DNA of 64,000 nucleotides from Corynebacterium sp. (GCF_043426755.1 NZ_JBHWRP010000040.1:36916-100915); one strand, 5' to 3'; counted from the first letter of the stretch, positions 48,006 to 58,112 are shown. A program made the numbers and translations. The notes: generated from the sequence alone by a model not told the origin.

Positions 48006-48815
48006 TTAGCGCTGGGTGCTTACGACCTCGTGAGTCTTCTTGTTGATCACGCTGCGTGCACCTGCAACACCGGCCAGGGCGGCCAGTACCGCGCCAAGCA
48101 GGAGGCCACCGAAGGTCCACCAGCCACCTTCAGCGATTGCTGGTGCGGCTTCGTTCAGAGTCTGCTGAGCATTGTCAGCTGCCTGCTGTGCGGAATCCTG
48201 AACCTGGTTCGGGTCAACGTTGTTAGCTGCGTTGTTGGCAGCATCCTGTGCCTGCTGTGGGTCCACAGTGGTTGCCTGCGCGCCGGTCTCAGCGGCGGTG
48301 CCCACAATGCTGCCAGCGGTGCCGATCAGGCTTGTGCCCAGCCAGCCGGCCAGAACAACGGCGGCGATTAGGGACGTAGCCCAGGTAGCGAAGCCGTGGA
48401 AGAGGCCACCGCGAACGCCCAGGGCGCCTGCGACGTAACCGGCTGCCAGGAAGGCAATAACCAGCCCGATCAGTGTGAAGATACCCACCGCGGTGCCGGA
48501 GGAGTCCTGCAGACCCATGGCGGCAGCGCCGACCCCGAGCAGGATCATGATGGACAGGAAGGTCACAACACCGGCGAAGATGGCGCCCCAGGACACGTTG
48601 CCTTTGGCCACATGTGGGTTAGAGGTGCCGATGAAGGCTTCCTGCGCGCTGTGGTCGTCGGGGTGGGTTTTCGTCTCCACGTCGTAGGCACGTGTGGTGC
48701 TGTGGTCGTGGGTGTGTGCCTTCGTTTCCACGTCGTGGGCACGCGCGGTGCTGTGGTCCTCGTTACGCACTGTGCGCGCGTCGCGGTTGTCTGGTGTGCG
48801 GGAATGATCGGTCAC
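48006..48815 (-). CDS. Membrane protein (VSWGAIFAG type) with His-rich repeated N-terminus
   Basis: AAGGA RBS, GTG start, four TM helices, DHST.RA.DVETK repeats. Confidence 0.8.
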   Translation of the reverse strand: MTDHSRTPDNRDARTVRNEDHSTARAHDVETKAHTHDHSTTRAYDVETKTHPDDHSAQEAFIGTSNPHVAKGNVSWGAIFAGVVTFLSIMILLGVGAAAMGLQDSSGTAVGIFTLIGLVIAFLAAGYVAGALGVRGGLFHGFATWATSLIAAVVLAGWLGTSLIGTAGSIVGTAAETGAQATTVDPQQAQDAANNAANNVDPNQVQDSAQQAADNAQQTLNEAAPAIAEGGWWTFGGLLLGAVLAALAGVAGARSVINKKTHEVVSTQR

Positions 48816-48940
48816 TTAATCGTCCTTTCACAAACAATCATATAAATAACGTACAACTTATAGCTTAACGGAGGACTAGGAATTATGCCGTTGCGTTTAT
48901 ATAACGTTTTGACTATCCCGTTGTGACCGACCAATCGCGA

Positions 48941-50710
48941 CTAGGTCAGCGTGTTCTTGCCAATCGTCGCAGCGCCACCAATATTGCGCAGGTTGGCACG
49001 CGCCAGATCCACCATGCGGCCCACACCACCGTCAAGAACCGTCTTCGCGGCCGACGTCGAAAAGCCCATGAGCATCTCCCAGGTGATATTCGGTGGCAGC
49101 GACAGGGCGTCGGGGTCCGTCACCATGTCCACCAGCGCGGGGCCGGGGTGTGCCAGGGCGGCGCGGACGGCGTCGGCAAGCTCGTCGGGCTTTTCGACGC
49201 GGAACGCCTTGATCCCAACAGCCTCGGCGATGGAGGCGAAGTTGACCTGCTCGTGGTCGGTCTCGAACTCCTGCAGGCCGGCCACCATCATCTCCAGCTT
49301 CACCATGCCCAGCGAGGCGTTGTTGAACACCATCATCTTCACGGGCAGGTCGTGCAACTTCACGGTGAGCAGCTCAGACAGCAGCATGCTCAGACCACCA
49401 TCGCCGGAAAAGGTGATCACCTGGCGGTCGCGGTCAGCGGCCTGGATGCCGATCGCCTGTGGCAGGGCGTTGGCCATGGTGCCGTGCTTGAAGGAACCGA
49501 CCTCCTGCCGCTTGCCGTTCGGGGTGATGTAGCGGGCGGACCAGACGTTGCACATACCGGTATCGACGGTGAAGACCGCGTCCTCGTCGGCAAGCTCGTC
49601 GATAATGTTGGCTGCGTACTCGGGGTGAATCGGGGTCGCGGCCTCTGCGTGCTTCTCGGTATAAGCATCGACGACGCTTTCCAAGGCAGCAGCGTGATCC
49701 TTCAGCTGCTTATCCAGGAAGGAGCGGTCGGTCTTTTCGTCGACATGCGGCAAAATATTCTCAATCACGCTAGCGACATCGCCGACCACAGGGTACTTCA
49801 CGGTGGTGCGACGCCCGATCTTCCTGCCATCGATATCGATCTGCGCCACGTTCTTCGTCGGCAGCCAATCGTTATATGGGAAGTCGGTGCCCACCAGGAT
49901 CAGTAGGTCGGCGTCATACATGGCGTCGCGGCACGCGCCGTAGCCAAGCAGTCCGGACATACCCACGTCAAAGGGGTTGTCGTACTGGATGTACATCTTG
50001 CCGCCGAAGGCGTGGCCGATGGGGGACTTAATCTTCTCCGCCAACGCCAGCACCTGCTCGCGCGCGTCCGCGACACCGGCGCCACAGAACAAGGTGACAG
50101 TGTCGGCCGCATTAATTGCCTGCACCAAAGCGGCAGCTTCGGACTGGTCAGGGAAGACGCGCACGTTCGTGCCACGCGCAATCACCGAGGCAGCCGGGCC
50201 ACTATCGATAGCGTCTTGCTCGAAGACATCGCCAGGGATCACGGCCACGGACACACCGGCGCCAGCCATCGTCGACTGGATCCCGCCGTGCACCACCCGT
50301 GCGGCCTGCTCGGCGCTGAAGCACATTTCGCAGTACGACGAGCACTCCTGGAAAATCTTTTCTGGGTGGGTCTCCTGGAAATAGCCGGAGCCGATCTGCA
50401 GGCTCGGAATGTGGGAGGCGATCGCTAGGACTTTGGCGCCGTTGCGGTGGGCGTCGTACAGCCCCTGGATCAGGTGGGTGTTGCCGGGGCCGCACGATGC
50501 CGCGCAGACCGCCAGCTCACCGGTGATCAGGGATTCGGCACCGGCGGCGAAGGCTGCGGCTTCCTCGTTGCGGACGTGGATCCATTCGATGGAGCTTTCG
50601 CGCACCGCGTCCGAAAACGGGTTCAGCGAGTCGCCGACCAGGCCATAAATGCGTTTCACGCCTTGCTCTTCGAGCATGGCGACTATCTGTTGTGCTAGAT
50701 TCTTTGCCAT
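48941..50710 (-). CDS. pqo: Pyruvate:quinone oxidoreductase
   Basis: GDSLN, SCGPGNTH, GYFQETHP, ThDP motif GDGG...NN. Confidence 0.93.
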   Translation of the reverse strand: MAKNLAQQIVAMLEEQGVKRIYGLVGDSLNPFSDAVRESSIEWIHVRNEEAAAFAAGAESLITGELAVCAASCGPGNTHLIQGLYDAHRNGAKVLAIASHIPSLQIGSGYFQETHPEKIFQECSSYCEMCFSAEQAARVVHGGIQSTMAGAGVSVAVIPGDVFEQDAIDSGPAASVIARGTNVRVFPDQSEAAALVQAINAADTVTLFCGAGVADAREQVLALAEKIKSPIGHAFGGKMYIQYDNPFDVGMSGLLGYGACRDAMYDADLLILVGTDFPYNDWLPTKNVAQIDIDGRKIGRRTTVKYPVVGDVASVIENILPHVDEKTDRSFLDKQLKDHAAALESVVDAYTEKHAEAATPIHPEYAANIIDELADEDAVFTVDTGMCNVWSARYITPNGKRQEVGSFKHGTMANALPQAIGIQAADRDRQVITFSGDGGLSMLLSELLTVKLHDLPVKMMVFNNASLGMVKLEMMVAGLQEFETDHEQVNFASIAEAVGIKAFRVEKPDELADAVRAALAHPGPALVDMVTDPDALSLPPNITWEMLMGFSTSAAKTVLDGGVGRMVDLARANLRNIGGAATIGKNTLT

Positions 50711-50771
50711 ATCACTTCTCCTTTATTGGTACGACCACCATGGTACGCGTCGGAGAAAATTCCAGAGCAGG

Positions 50772-51941
50772 CTAGCGACGGTTTAATTCACCCACCCTCC
50801 GCCACAGTTCCTTGCTGGTCCAATGCCCGCCGTGCCCGCCGGCCGAGTGCAGCCGCATGATCTCCGCGCCAAAACCGGACCAGCCCGGGTTGTAGCCGTG
50901 GACCGCGCGGATTCCGGGGCGTGTGAACCGGATGGGATCGTTCAGGGTATCGGCCACCAGCAGATGCGGCTCCTCGCTAAACAGTGTGAGCTCGTCGGCA
51001 CGCGCCACGGGCACCCCGGGAGAGCCCAGCAGCACCACGTTATCCGCATACAGTCCGTGCGTTGCCGCGGCTTCGCTGACCACCACGGTGCCATAACTAT
51101 GCCCCACGACCGTCCGCGTGGCGTCGGGAAAGCGCTGGTGAAGCGCGGATTGGAAGTAGGAGAGATCATCGCCGGCCGCCGCCGCATATGTGTCTTTCGC
51201 CGCCTCCAGCAGGTTGCCCGGCGCGGTATAGCCCAGCCACACCACGGTGGGCGCCCCGGCCTCCTGTGCCATGAATGCGCCGCGCTCGAGGTAGCCTTCC
51301 AGGCCGTCGCTTGCCGACGAGCCCATGCCCGCTACCAAGGTCATCACCGCCTCGGGGTCCTCTTTCACCTCGCCGACCAAGACGGCGATCCCGCCGGGCC
51401 CAGCTTCCAGGATCCTGCCATTGTGCTTGTCGACGACCTCCGCGACCTTTGCGGGGACCGTGGCCATGTGGCGTTGGTGCAGCTCATCGAAGGTGAGGTC
51501 TGGGTGGTCATAGAGCCGGTCCATGGTGGGTTCTGGCACCGACATGTTTTTGCTGGTGAGCGCGGCTGCCACCGCCAAGTTCAGGTCGATGCGGTCGAGT
51601 TCGGTGTCTGCGATGAACCCGAGGGCCGCGATATTGACGGGGCTGAAAGGCTTTGCAAAGGGGCGCAGCGCCGCGATGATGTGCAAGGAAAGCTGCTCCA
51701 GCAGGTCGGCTGTCTTCAGGACGCCGATGCTTGGTGTGGCGTCGGCGGCGATGCGGGAGGCGTTCGTCGATAAGCCTGCAAAGCGAGCACGGGCGGCGTC
51801 GGCTGCTTCGCCGGAAAACTCGCCTGCGTTGAGGTGGTTGAGAATCTTGGCCACGGTGGCTTCGTGGTCTGTGGCGGATTGGCGCAGGTCGTCGAGGATT
51901 GCGGCGGCGTCGCCATAGGGGTGTGGTGGCAGGGCGATCAT
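50772..51941 (-). CDS. Alpha/beta hydrolase (DUF1023-like) with helical WXG100-like N-terminus
   Basis: VVWLGYTAP, GHSYG, LLGSPG, DPI, GHGGHW; N-terminal FSGEAADAAR. Confidence 0.8.
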   Translation of the reverse strand: MIALPPHPYGDAAAILDDLRQSATDHEATVAKILNHLNAGEFSGEAADAARARFAGLSTNASRIAADATPSIGVLKTADLLEQLSLHIIAALRPFAKPFSPVNIAALGFIADTELDRIDLNLAVAAALTSKNMSVPEPTMDRLYDHPDLTFDELHQRHMATVPAKVAEVVDKHNGRILEAGPGGIAVLVGEVKEDPEAVMTLVAGMGSSASDGLEGYLERGAFMAQEAGAPTVVWLGYTAPGNLLEAAKDTYAAAAGDDLSYFQSALHQRFPDATRTVVGHSYGTVVVSEAAATHGLYADNVVLLGSPGVPVARADELTLFSEEPHLLVADTLNDPIRFTRPGIRAVHGYNPGWSGFGAEIMRLHSAGGHGGHWTSKELWRRVGELNRR

Positions 51942-52189
51942 GACAGCTCCTGGGAAAAGTTGTCGTCGGCACGCTTGACGGTCTGGGCGAAGGCCGCGAC
52001 TTCAGCGGCGTGGGTGGTGATGCGGACGGCGCACTCGTTCAGCCGGTCCGCAAGCTGGCCGGACAGCGCGGCGAAAGCGGTGGACGCGTTCGACTCCGGC
52101 AGCGGGTTATGCACGACGAACCGGGGCAGGCCGGGGGCTAATGATTGGACGGATGTGACGTGTGTGGGATCAATATCTAAAGGTTTCAT
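51938..52189 (-). CDS. Small helical protein, possibly WXG100/ESX-like
   Basis: MKPLDIDP...FAQTVKRADDNFSQELS; 4-bp overlap with the hydrolase start. Confidence 0.6.
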   Translation of the reverse strand: MKPLDIDPTHVTSVQSLAPGLPRFVVHNPLPESNASTAFAALSGQLADRLNECAVRITTHAAEVAAFAQTVKRADDNFSQELS

Positions 52190-52240
52190 GCCCATACTGT
52201 GACCCATGTGCGCCGGGCGCGCGGGGCGGCCAGAAAAATC

Positions 52241-52265
52241 TGTGGATAACTCAAAGTTATCCACA
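52241..52265. promoter_or_regulatory. Inverted pair of perfect DnaA boxes
   Basis: TGTGGATAA-N7-TTATCCACA. Confidence 0.65.
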
Positions 52266-52277
52266 TAAAGTGGTGCC

Positions 52278-53054
52278 ATGAAGATCGGAATCGTGCAGAT
52301 CACCACCGCAGACGATAAGATAAAAAATTTTGCCCTCGCCGCCGAGTCCATCCGGCGCGCGGCCGACCAGGGCGCAGAGCTCATCGTGTGCCCCGAGGCA
52401 ACCTCGCAGGCTTTCGGCCAGGGGCGGCTAGACACACAGGCCGAAAACCTGGATGGAGAGTTTTCCACCGCCATGGCATCGCTTGCCGACGAATTGGGCG
52501 TGGTTCTTGTCGCCGGTATGTTCCGGCCGGCCGATGTGCTCGACGACAAGAACCGCGTGTATAACACCGCGCTAGTCACCGGTGGTGGGCACCACTTTGG
52601 CTACGACAAAATCAACACCTATGACGCGTTTAACTATGCGGAGTCCGACACCGTGAAACCCGGCGAGGACCTGATGATTTTTGACCACAACGGGGTCAAC
52701 GTGGGCGTGGCCATCTGCTTTGATATTCGCTTCCCAGATCTCTTCCAGGAGCTGGCGCGCGCCGGGGCAGAGGTGATCGTGGTGCCCACCAGCTGGGCGA
52801 ATGGTGAGGGGAAGTTGGAACAGTGGCGGATTTTAACCTCTGCTCGCGCGCTGGACTCCACGGCGTTCATCGCGGCGGCTGGGCAGGCCCGCCCGACAGG
52901 TGAGACGAGTGGGCCGACTGGGTTGGGGCATTCCACCGTGGTTGATCCCTTTGGCCACCGCGTGATGGAGCTGGGCTATGAATCGGAGGTGGCTGTCGTG
53001 GAGATTGATCCGGCGCTGGTGGAGAAGGCGCGTACGTCGCTGCCGATTCTCTAA
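52278..53054 (+). CDS. Carbon-nitrogen hydrolase (Nit/deaminated glutathione amidase-like)
   Basis: Catalytic E-K-C: CPEA, YDK, ICFDIRFP. Confidence 0.9.
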   Translation: MKIGIVQITTADDKIKNFALAAESIRRAADQGAELIVCPEATSQAFGQGRLDTQAENLDGEFSTAMASLADELGVVLVAGMFRPADVLDDKNRVYNTALVTGGGHHFGYDKINTYDAFNYAESDTVKPGEDLMIFDHNGVNVGVAICFDIRFPDLFQELARAGAEVIVVPTSWANGEGKLEQWRILTSARALDSTAFIAAAGQARPTGETSGPTGLGHSTVVDPFGHRVMELGYESEVAVVEIDPALVEKARTSLPIL

Positions 53055-54196
53055 GGCTGTTCGGGCATGGGCCACTGGTCGGGGCCGGTCGGGGTGACCA
53101 TTTGGATGTCCACCTCCTCGGCGCCGGCCTTGAGCAGTGCGTTCTTGATGGCGCCGGTGGCGTCTTCGGGCCCGCACAGGATGATCTGGCGGCCCCAGAA
53201 CATGCCCACCCCGGAGACGACCATCGTGACGGGCAAAGCCACGGGGGTGAGCCCGGCTAAGCGATCGCCCTTACTATCGGCGTCGACGAAGTCGTCGCCG
53301 TCGACCACCGGGGTGACGGTGAGCCAGTCCTGGGTGGCAGCAAGGGCTGCGAACGTAGACACCTCGTAGAGTTGTGTCGGGCGTTCGGCGGCGAGTACCA
53401 CGTGGACTTTTGGCCGTTCGGACTGTTCCAGCAGGTCGAAGACAAGGGCCTTCACGGCCGCGATCCCCGTCCCGACGCCCACCAGCAGCGCATCGCGGGC
53501 AGGATCGAGCGAGACATCGCCGCGGGCTGCGCCCAGTGTCCAGTATTCGCCTTGCTGGACGGGGATGTCGTCGGGGACGTGCAGCTCCATCTGGCCGAAG
53601 CGGTTCGGTGGGACAGCGGGGGCGAGGTGGAGCCATTCGCCGCGGCGCTGCATCGGCATCACTGGTACTTGCTGGCCGGCTTCGTAGTCCACGGGCAGGC
53701 CGGCTTCCAGATGCAGCACGTTCACGCCTTCGGCGGCGTGCTCCACAGCCGTGACTTGGGCGGCGTTGGCCGGTGGTACGCCTTCGGCGTCGGCTTCGGC
53801 GGCACCCGCGCTCATCTCTGAACAGATTCGCCCGGCAACAGCCATCGCGGCATCGACCCGCGCGGCTGGCAAATCATCGCCGATGGTTTCTGCGATGGCA
53901 TCGCCAAGTAGCAGGCCGAACAGATCATAGGTATCTGAGGGGAACCCGTGCCGGCGGTGGTCCACACCCAGCTGCCGGATCCGCGCACTGAGCTCAGGGG
54001 AGATGGGTTCGTCGATAAGCGAACGCTCCAACACCCAGCCCAAGGCCCGAGGTAAGTCGGCGTGGGCGCCGGCGAGGTCCTCCCGGAAGAGGTTGCGTGC
54101 CTCTGGGATGGCTTCGAAGAGGCGTTGGTTCAGGATGCAGTTAAGGTCGCCGCCACGCTCGCGGATGAGCTGGCCGACGTCGGCGAGTGTTCCCAA
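53051..54196 (-). CDS. Globin + ferredoxin-reductase-like (flavohemoprotein-like) protein
   Basis: PEARNLF, LGVDHRRHGF globin; YEAGQ, GVGTG, LCGP. Confidence 0.75.
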   Translation of the reverse strand: MGTLADVGQLIRERGGDLNCILNQRLFEAIPEARNLFREDLAGAHADLPRALGWVLERSLIDEPISPELSARIRQLGVDHRRHGFPSDTYDLFGLLLGDAIAETIGDDLPAARVDAAMAVAGRICSEMSAGAAEADAEGVPPANAAQVTAVEHAAEGVNVLHLEAGLPVDYEAGQQVPVMPMQRRGEWLHLAPAVPPNRFGQMELHVPDDIPVQQGEYWTLGAARGDVSLDPARDALLVGVGTGIAAVKALVFDLLEQSERPKVHVVLAAERPTQLYEVSTFAALAATQDWLTVTPVVDGDDFVDADSKGDRLAGLTPVALPVTMVVSGVGMFWGRQIILCGPEDATGAIKNALLKAGAEEVDIQMVTPTGPDQWPMPEQP

Positions 54197-54267
54197 TCGA
54201 ATCGAGAGCTCCCTAGCGCAGGTGTATAGACAATTACTTTCCGGCGAAAGTATCGGTTCCCTTGATC

Positions 54268-55344
54268 TTAATACGCCGAGATGTCATAACCCTCCACGAG
54301 GCCTTCGGAATTCGGAATCCAGCCAAGCGAAGGGGCGACGTGCTCGGCGAAACTCTGCAGAATCTTCACGTTCAGGTCCACACCCATGGTGTTGGGGATG
54401 GTGATTAGCAGCGTGTCGGCGGCGGCGATCGCGGGGTCGGCCTGTAGCTGCTCGATCAGCACATCCGGCTCGGCGGCGTAGGTGCGGCCGAAGGTGACGT
54501 TGCGGCCCTCGCCTAGGGAACCGATCTGATCTTCGCCGGTGGCCTGGAGCTGGAAGTAGTTGCGGGTTTCGTCATCCACGATCGGGAAGATGGAGCGGGA
54601 GATGGAGACGCGCGGGTTCGTGCGCTCATGCCCGGCTTCCTTCCATGCCTGGCGGTAGACGTCGATCTGGCTGCGCTGCACTTCGCCGAGGCTGCGGCCG
54701 TCGGCCTCAGAGACCAGCGTGGAGCTCATCAGGTTCACGCCGTCCTTGGCTGCCTGGATCGCGGAGTCGTTGGAGCCGGAGCCCCAGAAGATCCGGCTGT
54801 GCAGCTCAGGCGAGTGCGGGAAGATGGGCAGCGGCGCGCCGTCCTGGTACATCCGCGGGTACTGCTGCGCGGCGGGGGCTGCTTTGGCCATGCCGTAGCC
54901 GTCGATGGCCTTGAGGAAGAGTTCGAATTTCTCGCGCGCCATGTCCGCCCCGTTGGGTGCTTTGGCGGAGTAGCCGAAGGATTCCCAGCCCTTGTCGGCC
55001 GGCTCTGGTGATCCGCGGGACACGCCCAGCGCGGTGCGCCCGTCCGCGAGTATGTCTAGCGCTGCCGCCTCTTCGGCCAGGTACAGGGGGTTTTCGTAGC
55101 GCATATCGATTACGCCGGTGCCCACCTCAATGTGCTTAGTCGCCCCGATCACGGCGCCGAGCAGCGGCATGGGGGAAGCGCCCTGGGGTGCGAAGTGGTG
55201 GACGCGGAAGGATGCATTGTTCACACCGATCTCATCGGCCGCCTTAGCGATCTCTACGTGGTCGTGCAAAACCTGGCGCACGTCAGGGCCCTGCTGGGCG
55301 CCGATGGCGTGGTGTCCGAAGCTCAAAAATCCAAAAGCTTTCAT
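54268..55344 (-). CDS. LLM-class flavin-dependent oxidoreductase
   Basis: MKAFGFLSFGH, FRVHHFA, GTGVIDMRYENP. Confidence 0.9.
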   Translation of the reverse strand: MKAFGFLSFGHHAIGAQQGPDVRQVLHDHVEIAKAADEIGVNNASFRVHHFAPQGASPMPLLGAVIGATKHIEVGTGVIDMRYENPLYLAEEAAALDILADGRTALGVSRGSPEPADKGWESFGYSAKAPNGADMAREKFELFLKAIDGYGMAKAAPAAQQYPRMYQDGAPLPIFPHSPELHSRIFWGSGSNDSAIQAAKDGVNLMSSTLVSEADGRSLGEVQRSQIDVYRQAWKEAGHERTNPRVSISRSIFPIVDDETRNYFQLQATGEDQIGSLGEGRNVTFGRTYAAEPDVLIEQLQADPAIAAADTLLITIPNTMGVDLNVKILQSFAEHVAPSLGWIPNSEGLVEGYDISAY

Positions 55345-55408
55345 TGTAGCGGGTCTCCTCGTAAAAGTTAGTGTCTTATCAACAATGTTAACGCGTGCAG
55401 AGGAGCGC

Positions 55409-56509
55409 CTATTCCACAGCCGCACGCCCCGCTTTCCGCCCAGCCCGATTCGCACCCAACGTCGACGCCGTGGAGCCATAGCCGGCCAGCAGGATTCCAG
55501 GATTGCGCTCCGGGGTAACTTCATCGGACATCGTGATCCCGCCACCAGGGTTACGCAGGCCCAGCGGCGCCAGATGCGGCACGTGCGCTCGGAAACCCGT
55601 ATTCCAAAAGATCACATCCACCTTCTCTTCGTGCCCGGCCGGCAGCGGAGCCCAAGACTCCGGCACCGCCAGGTCGCTTATCGACGAATCCATCCGCCCA
55701 AAAATAACGGAATCAGAAGTGATCTGGTCGAACATTCCGCGCGAAACTAACGTGCCCGCTTCCACACCTTCTAAGTAGGTGGGGATCATCGGAATCCCAG
55801 TGTTCGCGACTACTGATCGCGGCGCTTCACCGGCAAAGGTGTTGGCGCGCACCCGCTCCTCCACTTCGAGCCCCCAGTCCGGCCTGTCATAACCAGGCTT
55901 GAAATCTGGCGGACGGCGCGTTGCCCAGAGGGTTTCGGTCACGGGCGCCAACTCCAAGAGGAACTGCACCGCCGACAAACCACCGCCGACCACGAGGGTT
56001 TTCCTGCCCGCAAAATCTTCCGCCGCGCGGTAGTGCTGGGTGTGCAATTGCTTGCCCTGGAAGTTTTCAATCCCCCGAATGTAGGGGATATAGGGGCTAT
56101 CCCACGTCCCTGTGGCATTAATCACTCGGCGGGCCATGTGCTGGTCTCCCGAGTCAAGGGTGATGGTGAAGGGAGCGTCGATACGCTCCTGCGTGACCTG
56201 GCGGACGTGTGCCGGGCGGAGGACGGGCAGATCGAACTCAGCTTCGTAAGCGCCGTAGTAGTCGGCGACGAGTTGGCTGGCGGGCACGGTTGGATCGGGT
56301 CGGTCCATGGCTAGGCCGGGGAGGTCGGCGATGCCGTGGGTGTGGCCGAGGGTGAGTGAGTCCCAGCGGTGCCGCCATGCTCCGCCGGGGCCGTCGTTGG
56401 CATCGAAGATGATGAAGTTCGTATTGCCTCGGCGTTGTACCTCATGAGCTGTGGCAAGGCCTGCCTGCCCGGCGCCGATGATCACTACGTCCCACATCTT
56501 TGTTGTCAT
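55409..56509 (-). CDS. NAD(P)/FAD-dependent oxidoreductase (FMO-like)
   Basis: GAGQAG, GGAW...WDSL, ATG, F.GKQLH, GGGLS. Confidence 0.88.
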   Translation of the reverse strand: MTTKMWDVVIIGAGQAGLATAHEVQRRGNTNFIIFDANDGPGGAWRHRWDSLTLGHTHGIADLPGLAMDRPDPTVPASQLVADYYGAYEAEFDLPVLRPAHVRQVTQERIDAPFTITLDSGDQHMARRVINATGTWDSPYIPYIRGIENFQGKQLHTQHYRAAEDFAGRKTLVVGGGLSAVQFLLELAPVTETLWATRRPPDFKPGYDRPDWGLEVEERVRANTFAGEAPRSVVANTGIPMIPTYLEGVEAGTLVSRGMFDQITSDSVIFGRMDSSISDLAVPESWAPLPAGHEEKVDVIFWNTGFRAHVPHLAPLGLRNPGGGITMSDEVTPERNPGILLAGYGSTASTLGANRAGRKAGRAAVE

Positions 56510-56599
56510 GTACTCGACTGTATCACTGTTGTGATGTGGCTAATATGCGGTAGTTTTGACTAATCACATCAGTCTTAAAAATATCGGTTGGAGGGCTCC

Positions 56600-57961
56600 A
56601 TGGAGTACACCCCCTACGATTTCCTGATCGATTTCGGCTGGATCTCGTTACTCCTTATTATCGGTAACATTTTGCGTCGCCGTGTCAAACTTCTGCAGCA
56701 GCTGCTGTTGCCCGCCCCAATCACGGCGGGCCTGATCGGCCTATTTCTTGCCGACGAAGTACTTGGCTGGATCCACTTCTCTGAGCACATCGGTACCTAC
56801 ACCACACTGCTCATCGCCGTGGTCTTCGCCTCGATGGCCTACTCCATGGACATTGGCGGTTCGGTAGGCAAGGGTGCCCGCAACATGTGGGGCTTTTCCA
56901 CCACCATGTTCATGTTCCAGTGGGGCATCTTCACCCTGCTGGGCATCTACCTCTTTGCGCCGGTGATGGATACGGAGAACTGGTTCGGCATGATGCTGCC
57001 GGTGGGCTTCGTCGGCGGCTTCGGTACAGCGGCGGCCGTGGGCTCCGCGCTGGAGGGCGCGGGCGCAGAGGCGGCCTCCTCGCTAGGCTTTACCTCGGCG
57101 ACGATTGGCACGCTGGTGGCCATCATCGGTGGTGTGATCGTGGCCAACTGGGGCATCCGCACGGGCCGTGCCTCGGAGCTGAAGGGCGACCTGCCTGATG
57201 ATCTGCGCTCCGGCTATATCGAGAAGGTGGAAGACCGCCCTTCGATTGGTAGCGCAACCACCAACCCCTCGTCGATTGAGCCACTGGCACTGCATGGCGG
57301 CGTGATCGTGTTCACCGTGTTCATCGCCTACTACGTCAACCAGTTCTTCAGCAACCTGTGGCCCAACGTGTCCATCCCACTGTTCGCGATGTCCTTTGTG
57401 ATCGGCCTGCTGGGCCGCGCCGCACTGGCCATGGTGGGCAAGGATGACTACCTGGATAAGCAGACCGTGTCCACCGTCTCGGGAGCTGCAACGGACTACA
57501 TGATTGCTTTCGGTATCGCCTCGATCGTGCCCGCGGCACTTGCTGACTACTGGGTGCAGCTGGTCCTCCTCTTCGTCCTAGGCACCATCTTCTGCCTGTT
57601 CTACCTGCTGGTCATGGCGCCCCTCTTCTTCGGCGAGAAGTGGTTGGAGCGCGGCCTCTTCGGTTGGGGCTGGGCAACCGCGGCCGTGGCCACCGGTATC
57701 GCCCTGCTGAAGATGGTGGACCCGAAGATGCGCTCCGGCACATTGAACGAATACGGCGTGGCCTATGTGGGCTTCGCGCCCTTTGAAATTGGCATGACCA
57801 TCATCGCGCCGATTGCCGTGCTTAACGGTTTTACCGCAGGTCTGGGCTGGATCAGTACGCTCTTCGCTGCCGCGGTGATGGTGGTGGCATTTGCCCTGAA
57901 GTGGATCCCCGCCGGGGGAGGGAAACAGAAACGGGAAAGCCCCTCATCCACCGGTGATTAG
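56600..57961 (+). CDS. Sodium/glutamate symporter (GltS family)
   Basis: Multi-TM; GFVGGFGTAA, LLKMVDP. Confidence 0.85.
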   Translation: MEYTPYDFLIDFGWISLLLIIGNILRRRVKLLQQLLLPAPITAGLIGLFLADEVLGWIHFSEHIGTYTTLLIAVVFASMAYSMDIGGSVGKGARNMWGFSTTMFMFQWGIFTLLGIYLFAPVMDTENWFGMMLPVGFVGGFGTAAAVGSALEGAGAEAASSLGFTSATIGTLVAIIGGVIVANWGIRTGRASELKGDLPDDLRSGYIEKVEDRPSIGSATTNPSSIEPLALHGGVIVFTVFIAYYVNQFFSNLWPNVSIPLFAMSFVIGLLGRAALAMVGKDDYLDKQTVSTVSGAATDYMIAFGIASIVPAALADYWVQLVLLFVLGTIFCLFYLLVMAPLFFGEKWLERGLFGWGWATAAVATGIALLKMVDPKMRSGTLNEYGVAYVGFAPFEIGMTIIAPIAVLNGFTAGLGWISTLFAAAVMVVAFALKWIPAGGGKQKRESPSSTGD

Positions 57962-58112
57962 ACACACGTATTGACGTAGCGTGATTGATCAACGATAATC
58001 GTCACCGGAACTCGGGCTACCCACAGTGCCCGCCTTACTACCGCTGCCACGTGCGCATACTATTCGCACGGTGTTGCAGCGGTCCTTTGTTTTCATATCG
58101 GAGGATGCTCGG

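Noticed and set aside
40262..52265. Replication origin suggested by DnaA boxes
   Set aside because: Only two boxes per site, no AT-rich unwinding element and no dnaA-dnaN context.
51938..55545. Long N-terminal extensions of ORFs 51938-52579 and 54268-55545
   Set aside because: The extensions overlap neighbouring genes; starts reassigned to 52189 and 55344.
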